A DNA stretch of 64,000 bases from an uncultured Acidobacteriota bacterium (lineage in GTDB: Bacteria; Acidobacteriota; Thermoanaerobaculia; UBA5066; Gp7-AA6), in assembly GCA_963815655.1 (NCBI GenBank), contig CAWFHK010000001.1:1628903-1692902 (forward strand). Direction: 5' to 3'. The notes beneath the pieces are model-generated. The model was not told the DNA's origin. It did no database searches and saw nothing but the letters and a program-made list of their open reading frames with translations. Shown one piece after another: positions 49,532 through 57,472 of this stretch (the first letter of the stretch is position 1; the number at the start of each line of letters is the position of its first letter). Both the position numbers and the translations under genes were made by a program.

Positions 49532-49756
49532 GAGTCCCTCCTTTCCCTGGCGACGCCACCAGCATAGCCCTGACGGCCGCTGAAGTCTTGATGCACCTTC
49601 ATCTGAGGAGAACCGATGGCCGCACGGAACGTGGTCCGGGCTCCGCCACGTCCATCCCGCCTCGCGGTCGGGCACGCGGGAAGCGTGATAAACGTATCTC
49701 TCGTTGGCGCGTTACCTGAAACGGCTAGTCACCCAATCACCAAATCGGAAATCATC

Positions 49757-50839
49757 ATGAAGACTGGAATCATCGGGCTGCCGCAGGTGGGCAAGACATC
49801 GCTCTTCAAGATCCTCACGAAGGCGCAGCTCGACGCGCACGCCATGCATTCGCGCGACGCGCACATCGGCATCGCCACGGTTCCCGACGAGCGCCTGGAC
49901 AGGCTTTCGGCCCTCTACAAGCCGAAAAAGACGACGCACGCCACGGTGGAATACGTGGACGTTGCCGCCATCGGCCAGGAAGCGCTCAAGGAGTCGGCCT
50001 ACGCGCAGCGCCTGCGGGAGGTGGATTCGCTCACCCACGTGCTGCGCGCGTTCGAGGATCCGGCGATCCCGCACGTCGGAGGAAACGATCCGGTCAAGGA
50101 CGCGCGCAACGTCGAGGCGGACCTGATCATCAGCGACATGGTGCAGATCGAGAAGCGCATGGAGGGGCTGGAAAGGGACCTGAAGAAGATCAAGTCCGAC
50201 GACCTGGCGCGCGAGCACGAGCTGCTGGTCAAGTGCAAACCGCAGCTCGAAGGCGGGCAGCCCCTGCGCGAGCTCGAGCTCAACGCCGGCGACAGGAAGC
50301 GCCTGCGTGGCTTCGCCTTCCTGAGCCAGAAGCCGATCCTGTACGTGGTCAACATCGGCGAGGGCGCCGAGCTCGGCAAGGATCTGGACGCCGCGGCCGC
50401 CCGATACGGCCTCACCGAAATCGCTTCGCGTCCGAACTCGGGAGCGACCGCCATCTGCGGCAAGGTGGAGGCCGAGCTCGCGGAGATGAGCGACGAAGAG
50501 GCTCGCGAGTTCCTCTCCAGCTACGGGCTGACCGAGAGCGGTCTGACCCGCCTCATCCGGAAGACCTACGAGCTCCTGGGGCTGATCTCATTCTTCACCG
50601 TCGGAGAAGACGAATGCCGCGCCTGGACCGTGCCCCGCGGCGTCCGCGCGCAGGAGGCGGCGGGCGCGATCCACTCGGATCTCGAGAAGCACTTCATCCG
50701 CGCCGAGACGATCCACTGGGACCAGCTTCTCGACGCCGGATCCGAGGCGGGCGCGCGCTCGAAGGGCACGCTCCGGCTGGAGGGCAAGGAGTACATCGTC
50801 AAGGACGGCGACGTGATGCACATCCGGCACAGCGCGTAG
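49757..50839 (+). CDS. ychF: Ribosome-binding ATPase YchF
   Basis: GLPQVGKTSLF, VPDERL, FFTVG...RAWT, AGAIHSD, RLEGKEYIVKDGDV. Confidence 0.95.
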   Translation: MKTGIIGLPQVGKTSLFKILTKAQLDAHAMHSRDAHIGIATVPDERLDRLSALYKPKKTTHATVEYVDVAAIGQEALKESAYAQRLREVDSLTHVLRAFEDPAIPHVGGNDPVKDARNVEADLIISDMVQIEKRMEGLERDLKKIKSDDLAREHELLVKCKPQLEGGQPLRELELNAGDRKRLRGFAFLSQKPILYVVNIGEGAELGKDLDAAAARYGLTEIASRPNSGATAICGKVEAELAEMSDEEAREFLSSYGLTESGLTRLIRKTYELLGLISFFTVGEDECRAWTVPRGVRAQEAAGAIHSDLEKHFIRAETIHWDQLLDAGSEAGARSKGTLRLEGKEYIVKDGDVMHIRHSA

Positions 50840-50849
50840 CTCACCCACC

Positions 50850-51614
50850 ATGGTGATCTGGCTTCTCGCTCAGGCTCTCCGGGCCTCCGCCCCGACCCCG
50901 GCGGACATCCGCGTGGTCCCGGAGCCTCAGGCCTTCACCGTGATCCTGTCGCGTGCGGAGCCCGGGGCCGCGTCCGGCGCGTTCTCCGGTTCGGTGTCGT
51001 TGAACGGATCCTCTTCGGAGGTCCCCGTCACCGGGCTCGCGCGAGCCTCCGGGGAGCGTCTGGAGCTTTCCGTGAAGATGCGGTACCGCGACGTGCCCGA
51101 GGACTGGATCAAGCGCTTCCGCGCCTCCGATTTCGACTACCGGCTGCGCGGCCGCGTGGCGGGCGCAAGCCCGGTCGAATGGTCGGGCACCAGGCGCTGG
51201 GACCAGGTCCATGTCGAGAAACGGGAGGACGCGGCGTCAACCTTCGTCAAGCTCACCTCGATCCAGCTGACGGAGTTCTCGCTCTTCGAAAGCGCAGCCC
51301 TGGCCCAGGTCACGGTCCGCAACCCGCTCGCATTCCCGTTGAAGCTCGCGAGCGCGAGCTGCCGCTTGTTCGCCAACGGGAGGGAGGTCGGTTCGGGCGC
51401 CGCCGGCGAGATGATCCTCCGGCCCGGTCGGGAGACGACGTTGAAACTCGACATCGACCTCGACCACGCCCAGCTCCTGGCCGCCGCCGGCTCCGCGCTC
51501 CGCTCGGGCGGCGACGTCGAGGGACGGCTGCGCGGCGCCCTGGTCGTGCGCCTTCCGGGCGGCGACATCCCGGTGCCGCTCGATCTCTCGGGCCGGTTCT
51601 CCGTCCTGCAGTGA
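50850..51614 (+). CDS. LEA type 2 / WHy domain protein
   Basis: VTVRNPLAFPL...LFANGREVGSG. Confidence 0.75.
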   Translation: MVIWLLAQALRASAPTPADIRVVPEPQAFTVILSRAEPGAASGAFSGSVSLNGSSSEVPVTGLARASGERLELSVKMRYRDVPEDWIKRFRASDFDYRLRGRVAGASPVEWSGTRRWDQVHVEKREDAASTFVKLTSIQLTEFSLFESAALAQVTVRNPLAFPLKLASASCRLFANGREVGSGAAGEMILRPGRETTLKLDIDLDHAQLLAAAGSALRSGGDVEGRLRGALVVRLPGGDIPVPLDLSGRFSVLQ

Positions 51615-51668
51615 GCTCTACCGCCCCCCGGCCTCCCCGCTTCACCATCCTCCCCTGACCCGCCCTGG
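51613..51668 (+). repeat. Left copy of the ~57-bp direct repeat (3' end of a vapC plus downstream sequence)
   Basis: gagctcta.cgccccc..ggcctcccc..ttcac.atcctcccctgacccgccctgg, matching 55247-55304. Confidence 0.85.
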
Positions 51669-51674
51669 AGCATC

Positions 51675-51705
51675 TTGACAGCCATTCGTTAAGGCATCAT
51701 GATGT
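51675..51705 (+). promoter_or_regulatory. Sigma70 promoter with overlapping operator palindrome
   Basis: TTGACA-17nt-CATGAT. Palindrome CATCATGATG over the -10. ATG 7 nt downstream. Confidence 0.75.
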
Positions 51706-51710
51706 CTCTC

Positions 51711-51980
51711 ATGCGCACGACCGTGACTCTGGAACCTGATGTCGCCGCCCGGCTGAAGGAGTACGCCCACCGAAAGCGGACTTCCTTCAAGGCGGCCTTG
51801 AACTCGGCGGTTCGGCGCGGGCTGTCGGCCCAGGAGTCTCGGGCGTCGTCCCGGCGACGTTTCGTCGTCGACCCGCACTCTTCTCCATTTCGGCCCGGCA
51901 TCGATTCCGGCAAGTTGAACCAGCTCGTCGACCAGCTCGAGGCGGAGCACTTCCGGCGCCCTCGTCGAGCCGGACGATGA
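51711..51980 (+). CDS. vapB: VapB-type RHH antitoxin
   Basis: MRTTVTLEPDVAARL...SFKAALNSAVRRGL. ATGA overlap with the PIN gene. Confidence 0.85.
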   Translation: MRTTVTLEPDVAARLKEYAHRKRTSFKAALNSAVRRGLSAQESRASSRRRFVVDPHSSPFRPGIDSGKLNQLVDQLEAEHFRRPRRAGR

Positions 51981-52402
51981 TCCTCCCCGACATCAATCTT
52001 CTCGTCCACGCCTACAACCGGCGGGCGCCTCGCCACGCGAAGGCCCGGGCCTGGTGGGAAGGCCTGCTCAACGGCACACGGACGGTCGGCATGCCCTGGG
52101 CGGTCGTTTACGGGTTCGTCCGGCTGATGACCCATCCGGCGGTCCTCGTCCAGCCGCTCGCCCCGGAGCAGGCGATTCACCATGTCCGTTCGTGGCTCGA
52201 TCAGCCGGTCGTCCAGATCGCCGAGCCGGGACCCCGCCACCTGGACATCTTCGAGAGCCTTCTGCGCGCCGTCGGCGTGGCGGGGAACCTCACGACGGAC
52301 GCCCATCTTGCCGCCCTCGCGATCGAGCACCAATACGAGCTTCACTCCAACGACACCGACTTCGCCCGCTTCCCCGGCCTCCGCTGGCGCGATCCGCTCT
52401 AA
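51977..52402 (+). CDS. vapC: VapC PIN-domain toxin
   Basis: ILPDINLLVHA, DAHLAALAIEH, SNDTDFARFPGL. Confidence 0.93.
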   Translation: MILPDINLLVHAYNRRAPRHAKARAWWEGLLNGTRTVGMPWAVVYGFVRLMTHPAVLVQPLAPEQAIHHVRSWLDQPVVQIAEPGPRHLDIFESLLRAVGVAGNLTTDAHLAALAIEHQYELHSNDTDFARFPGLRWRDPL

Positions 52403-53599
52403 TCAGAGCGAAAGGAATCCGTGGGCTTTGGCCTTCGGCAGATTCTTGACACGCCGGAAGAACTCGGTCTCTGTGATCTGAGTCGGCCATTCCAGGTTGA
52501 TTCGCGCCAGGAATCCAGAGTCGTCTGAAAGGCGCTTCACGGTTATCGCATCGAGGTGGACGAGGTAGGTCAGATCGCGAATCAGCGCCTTGTCAGGATT
52601 CTTGAGGCTGTAGAAATGCCGCGAACGCTCGGTCAGCTCCGAGAGCTTCATTTCGCCCTGGTCGAGGAGAAGGTAAAGGAGCTGCACGTGACGTTTGGAC
52701 ATGACTCGTTTGCGTGGTGAACGCAGGCGGCCGAAAAGATCCGCGACCGTGTTGCGGTACAGGGCCTTTGCGACGCGCAGACGAATCTCGGAGAAGAGCG
52801 CGCGGCACTGGCTTTCAATCCCCTTGAGTCCGAGCTTCAAGAAGGATGTCAGGTCGTGGTCACCGGCGCGCGTCGCATTCAGGGCGTCCAGGTAAGCCGT
52901 CTTGTTCTCGTAGTAGTAGTTCGACATTGCGATGAACAGCGTGTCGCGAAGGCCAGTGCGCTGAAGCATGATGGCCTCGATGGCGCGCGCCGAGCGGCCG
53001 TTGCCGTCGAGAAACGGGTGCATCGCGGCGACGTGGTAGTGGAGCGCGAGGGCTTGAATGAGCGGATCGTGCTCGCGAAAGCGTCGCCTGACCGCGTCCG
53101 CGAGTTGCCTCACGGCCTCCGTGCACTCGTCGCCTCCCTCGGCTCCGCGGTGTCGCGGTGTCCCGAAGGTCACGTTCTGGTCCCTTTCCCGGAGTTTCCC
53201 CGGAGCGCAGTGATCGTCGTCGCAGCCGGTCACGATTCGGCGATGAACCTCCAGAATCAACTCTTCGTCAACCGGACGATCGTTCGGAAGGCTGGCGATC
53301 CAGCGGTACGTCGCCACGGCGGCGGCGGCCTGCCTCTGGGAGCGGGTTTCGAGCTGCTCCGGCGTCTCGTGCATCGCGGCGTCGAGCTCTTTCTCGGTAA
53401 ACTCGGCCCCTTCGATCCGCGACGTTCCCGCGACCTCTCGTTTGAGCTGGATGCGCTGCAGGTCTTCGGCCCAGCTTCGCTGATACGGGATCTGCGTCAG
53501 CGCCAGGAGCGCCGCCTTCGCGCCCGTCAGCTCCGCCAGGATCGCCTGCGGGTCGTAGGCGATCCAGTCGCGCGGCATTTCGAAACGTATGGCCGTCAC
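52403..53599 (-). CDS. Fic family protein (class II-like)
   Basis: HPFLDGNGRSAR Fic motif. N-terminal TSRIEG inhibitory-helix motif. C-terminal wHTH-like region. Confidence 0.92.
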   Translation of the reverse strand: MTAIRFEMPRDWIAYDPQAILAELTGAKAALLALTQIPYQRSWAEDLQRIQLKREVAGTSRIEGAEFTEKELDAAMHETPEQLETRSQRQAAAAVATYRWIASLPNDRPVDEELILEVHRRIVTGCDDDHCAPGKLRERDQNVTFGTPRHRGAEGGDECTEAVRQLADAVRRRFREHDPLIQALALHYHVAAMHPFLDGNGRSARAIEAIMLQRTGLRDTLFIAMSNYYYENKTAYLDALNATRAGDHDLTSFLKLGLKGIESQCRALFSEIRLRVAKALYRNTVADLFGRLRSPRKRVMSKRHVQLLYLLLDQGEMKLSELTERSRHFYSLKNPDKALIRDLTYLVHLDAITVKRLSDDSGFLARINLEWPTQITETEFFRRVKNLPKAKAHGFLSL

Positions 53600-53842
53600 G
53601 ATATGCCTCTCGTTTCCAGTCTATAAGCCAGCTAGAATCAACAGTAAGAGGCTGATATAATGAGAGTTATACTGAATTTGCGACTTGCCTTCATGATTCC
53701 CGTTATCACTCTCATTTCCGGCTCGTTTCCACACCGTATCACGCCTTGGAATCAGAGTTCTCCCCGAAAAGCGCTGGGCAAGACCGATGTCATCCGGCTT
53801 CTGCGCTTTGCCGGCGACACCGGGGGCGCCGGGGGGCGCCAA

Positions 53843-53860
53843 TGGTCATTATAATGGCCA
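53843..53860 (+). promoter_or_regulatory. -10 box inside an operator palindrome for phd/relE
   Basis: TGGTCAT-TATA-ATGGCCA near-perfect palindrome containing TATAAT, 8 nt before ATG. Confidence 0.7.
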
Positions 53861-53863
53861 CCC

Positions 53864-54241
53864 ATGACTACTCTGACCGTGACTCAGGCCAAGAACTCCC
53901 TTCTCGAACTGCTTCGGGACGTCGAAGAACGCGGTGAGACCGTCCAGATCACGCGCAACGGCGTTCCGGCCGGGGTCCTGGTCTCGGCCGAGGAGTGGGA
54001 GAGCCTTCTGGAGACAATCGCGATCCTCTCGGACCCCGCCGCAATGCAGAAAATCGCGCGGGCCCGCCGTGAGATCGCGGCGGACGCTCGGCTGACGCAC
54101 GAACAGGTCTGGAGGAAGGATGCCCTACCGGCTGCTCTACCTTCCCGGAGCGGAAAAGGACATTCAGGCCCTACCGCAACGCGTGATCGAGCGGGTTCGT
54201 CACGGCGTCGAGCGCCTCGCCGAAAACCCTCGCCTCGGTAA
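53864..54241 (+). CDS. Phd/YefM antitoxin
   Basis: TVTQAKNSL...ITRNGVPAGVLVSAEEWESLLETIAILSDP. Confidence 0.9.
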   Translation: MTTLTVTQAKNSLLELLRDVEERGETVQITRNGVPAGVLVSAEEWESLLETIAILSDPAAMQKIARARREIAADARLTHEQVWRKDALPAALPSRSGKGHSGPTATRDRAGSSRRRAPRRKPSPR

Positions 54242-54395
54242 GCCCCTTCACGGCGAGCTCGCCCCCTTCTGGTCCTACCGCGTCGGCGATTACAGAGTCG
54301 TCTACGAAATCCGGGACAACGAGCTCATCGTCCTCGTCGTCCTGCTAGGCCACCGCCGCGAGATCTACGAGCGAGCCCGCCGCAAGAAGAGATGA
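54120..54395 (+). CDS. relE: RelE/ParE family toxin
   Basis: LAENPRLGKPL, YRVGDYRVVYEI, GHRREIY. GGAGG SD. Confidence 0.92.
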   Translation: MPYRLLYLPGAEKDIQALPQRVIERVRHGVERLAENPRLGKPLHGELAPFWSYRVGDYRVVYEIRDNELIVLVVLLGHRREIYERARRKKR

Positions 54396-54577
54396 AGCCC
54401 TACTTCCAACCGCGGCGTCGAATTCGTACCCAATCTCCAGAGGTGGATAGGAAACCCGTGGATTTCCCTGCCCGCGTAATGCCCCGATAAACCAATAAGC
54501 CACGAACGACCCCATCTCCTATTGCCCGGGCGCTCATCCAGAGGAGGCCGCCGGATTGACGGTCGCCGCCTTCCGGG

Positions 54578-54617
54578 TTGCCGCCGGAAGACGATCGTAA
54601 TACAATGCTGTAATACG
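54578..54617 (+). promoter_or_regulatory. Sigma70 promoter with GTAATAC direct repeats
   Basis: TTGCCG-17nt-TACAAT, with GTAATAC x2 over and after the -10. Confidence 0.7.
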
Positions 54618-54626
54618 GAGGGACAC

Positions 54627-54893
54627 ATGGCGACCAGCGTACGAATGGATCCGCAGACCGAGAGGCTTCTCGATCAGCTGGCGCGTGAGAGCGGCCTCTC
54701 CAAATCCCAGGTGATCCGCGATGCCGTCCGGCTCGCGGCGCGAAAGCCTCGCTCCTCCGAACGAGCGCCGCGACCCTACGAGGCCTTTCGAGGAATCCTC
54801 GGCTCGGTGCGGGGCGGACCGCCGGACCTCTCCGAGCGGACTGGAACGACGTTCCGCCGTCTCCTCGCGAGCCGCCGGGCAGAGCGCTCTTGA
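54627..54893 (+). CDS. CopG/RHH antitoxin
   Basis: MATSVRMDPQTERLLDQLARESGLSKSQVIRDAV. GGAGG SD. Confidence 0.85.
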   Translation: MATSVRMDPQTERLLDQLARESGLSKSQVIRDAVRLAARKPRSSERAPRPYEAFRGILGSVRGGPPDLSERTGTTFRRLLASRRAERS

Positions 54894-55294
54894 TTCTGAT
54901 CGACGCCGGGCCGCTGGTGGCGCTGATCCATGCCGACGATCGCCACCACGCAAGTTGCAGGGACGCGCTCAAGAGGATCCGGGAACCCCTGGGCACCGTG
55001 TGGCCTGCCTTCTCGGAGGCGATGTATTTGCTCGGGTTTTCCTCCCGGGCTCAAGACGCGCTCTGGCGCCTTCTGGAAACCGATGCGTTCAAGATCCTCG
55101 GACTCGACGCCGCCGACGTTCCTCGCATGCGCGACCTGATGCGCAAGTACCGGGACCTCCCGATGGACCTCGCCGACGCGGCCCTGGTCCGCGTCGCGGA
55201 AAGGGAAAAGATCGCCCGAGTCTTCACGATCGACCGCAGGGACTTCGAGCTCTATCGCCCCCGAGGCCTCCCCCGGTTCACGATCCTCCCCTGA
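54890..55294 (+). CDS. vapC: VapC PIN-domain toxin
   Basis: ILIDAGPLVAL, MDLADAALV, FTIDRRDF. Confidence 0.92.
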   Translation: MILIDAGPLVALIHADDRHHASCRDALKRIREPLGTVWPAFSEAMYLLGFSSRAQDALWRLLETDAFKILGLDAADVPRMRDLMRKYRDLPMDLADAALVRVAEREKIARVFTIDRRDFELYRPRGLPRFTILP

Positions 55295-55304
55295 CCCGCC
55301 CTGG
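55247..55304 (+). repeat. Right copy of the ~57-bp direct repeat
   Basis: Matches 51613-51668. Confidence 0.85.
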
Positions 55305-55615
55305 CCGCCCCCCGGTAGTCACTCTCCAGGTCGTCAATCACCCCTCCACCCGTTTACTCATAGCATTGAGTATTTTTACTCAACGCCGTGAGTTGGTCAG
55401 GCAGTTCGACTCGTTCCACCTGCTCGGCATAGGTCTTCTTTCCCAGCCGCGCCCCGGCGATCACCCGAGGAAGCGGCGAATTCGCTCTTCACCGAAATAA
55501 TGCAGATTCCGGGACCGCCCCATTCAATTCCTTGTTCGGCGCCGAATCGCTGGGCCACCAGCGGCTCGTCGTCTGGAGCGGGGTAGACTCGTTCTTCCCG
55601 TTCGTGGCGAACGAC

Positions 55616-56689
55616 TCAAGTCTTGTCCGCCGATCGGAGGCGCGCCAGGGCAAGTTCAAGGAGCCGGTCGTCGAACAATCGCAGCTTTCGCTCCGCCGCC
55701 GAGGGCTCCCCCGGCCAATCTCTCAAGCCCTCTTTCAGGCTGGGAACCGTCGCCTCGCGCTTTCGTTCATGCAGCAACCAGTCAACCGTAGCAAGAAGCT
55801 CCATGCCGAGCGGAGACTCGAACCCATCGATGATCCTGGTGGTAGCCTCCAACGCCGGCCGATATGCAACCGCGGCATCGCTGTTTAGGTACTCCTCAAT
55901 GATGCCCCTCTTCGAATCCTCGAACCAAATCGGCTCGAAGGGACCGGCATCGCTCAACCGCTTCTCGCAGTGAAGATAGCTGCCGTCCAGGCTGTTGAGC
56001 ACATGACGCAATTGATCAGCGTATGGCCCGAACTTATCCGCCACGAACCTCAGACGAAGAGGATCTTTGAGTTTTGACGCGACGATCATTCGCTGAAGAA
56101 ACCAAGCGAGCTTCTGCACCTCCAGATTGCTACACTCGATCCCGAGGACCAGATAGCGACGAACGAGCTCGGCAATCAACGCGCGAGAGGGCGTCAACTT
56201 TTCGATACCTGCACGCTTCGGCACGTTCACGTAGGCTGCAGTCGGCTCGTAAACTGTGACCTCCACGTCTTTCAACTTGCCAAGCGCCGCCTCAATTTCG
56301 CCCCGGACTTGCCTCCATTCCAGTCCTCCGTTGCCGCAGCCGAGGGGCGGAAGGGCGACCGAACGGATATGCATCTCTCGAATGGCACGGACGAGATCCT
56401 GAAGTCCCTGGCGGATCCACTCGAGCCGAGAGGGGTGCCTCCAGTGCTTCTTGGTCGGGAAGTGGATGATGAAGCGGGGCCCGAACAGCACCGGGTTCGG
56501 CGTCACCAGGACATGGCCCACATGGACCTGCCCGCGCTTGGCGGCCTCTTCATAAACCGCGGCCATCTCAGGGAAGGCCTCGCGAAACATCAGGGCGATG
56601 CCCTTTCCCATGACCCCGACTTCGTTGACTGTATTGACGAGCGCCTCGGCCGGTGCCTCGAGTAGATTGCCCTGCGTGTAGCGAATCAT
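55616..56689 (-). CDS. darG: DarG antitoxin (macrodomain ADP-ribosylglycohydrolase)
   Basis: GNLLEAPAEALVNTVNEVGVMGKGIAL, HFPTKKHW, PPLGCGNGGL, GMELLATVDW. TGATG-coupled to darT. Confidence 0.92.
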   Translation of the reverse strand: MIRYTQGNLLEAPAEALVNTVNEVGVMGKGIALMFREAFPEMAAVYEEAAKRGQVHVGHVLVTPNPVLFGPRFIIHFPTKKHWRHPSRLEWIRQGLQDLVRAIREMHIRSVALPPLGCGNGGLEWRQVRGEIEAALGKLKDVEVTVYEPTAAYVNVPKRAGIEKLTPSRALIAELVRRYLVLGIECSNLEVQKLAWFLQRMIVASKLKDPLRLRFVADKFGPYADQLRHVLNSLDGSYLHCEKRLSDAGPFEPIWFEDSKRGIIEEYLNSDAAVAYRPALEATTRIIDGFESPLGMELLATVDWLLHERKREATVPSLKEGLRDWPGEPSAAERKLRLFDDRLLELALARLRSADKT

Positions 56690-57327
56690 CAGAAATACCA
56701 CTCCGGTCTTGCCATGACCTTTATGTCCAGTCCCCGCGCTGCGACGACGGTCTCCAAGCCTCGCTTCTCCGCAGATCCCTGGCAAGCCAATTCCGAGAGT
56801 GCGTTCACGGGCAGCTGCTGATAGACGAGCGCCTCCGCCTGATAGCGTTCAATCCTATCAAAATCGTCGCCACCGCGCCTGAAGTCTCGATCCTGCAGAT
56901 GCGGCCAGTCGAGCTGATCGAGGTCCGCCAAATCGCTTGAGAAGGTGGCTGCCTGCAGGTACGCGTGCCGATCGGTAAAGACAAATCTCACACCTTGCTC
57001 CACCAGTCGGGGAAGCGAGGAGACCAGCACGACGATCTCCGACATGGGCACTCTTCTGATTCCGTTGTACCCGGTCTTGATGTTGAGGAGCATGGGAGAG
57101 CACGGTGTGAAATAGAAGGGAACGTAGTCGCTGAGCGACCCGCCCGGCGGAATCGGGACCATCCGGTGCACTCGCTTCGCGATCAGGTCGGGGTTACCGA
57201 TCTCGCGGTAGCTCGGGTCCCGAACGTCGGAACTGCGGCAATGCAGCCCGTTGTCCAGAAGCCACGGGACGTTGGAGATATGCGTGATCCGAAAGATCAG
57301 CCCCTTTTCGGATGTCAGATCCAACAC
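56689..57327 (-). CDS. darT: DarT DNA ADP-ribosyltransferase toxin (DUF4433)
   Basis: FRITHISN, DYVPFYF.PCSPML, FVFTDRHA, YQAEALV (catalytic Glu). Confidence 0.92.
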   Translation of the reverse strand: MLDLTSEKGLIFRITHISNVPWLLDNGLHCRSSDVRDPSYREIGNPDLIAKRVHRMVPIPPGGSLSDYVPFYFTPCSPMLLNIKTGYNGIRRVPMSEIVVLVSSLPRLVEQGVRFVFTDRHAYLQAATFSSDLADLDQLDWPHLQDRDFRRGGDDFDRIERYQAEALVYQQLPVNALSELACQGSAEKRGLETVVAARGLDIKVMARPEWYF

Positions 57328-57472
57328 GGCAGAATCGATTCAGCTTCCATCAGTTCAACATTCTGGCCTGTCCGCTGGGACTCCTCGGCGTGGCCAAGGG
57401 CCTGGAGCCAGCCGCTCTCTTCTGCATTTTTTCTCATGCTCCGACCGAGGTACTTACATCGCGAGCTCGCCA

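Noticed and set aside
50780-50850. ychF 3' end as the att site of the defence island
   Set aside because: ychF is followed by a native-looking LEA2 gene, and no duplicate of its 3' end was noticed.
51613-55304. Integron cassette array
   Set aside because: No attC-like RYYYAAC...GTTRRRY palindromes recognised between the genes and no intI.
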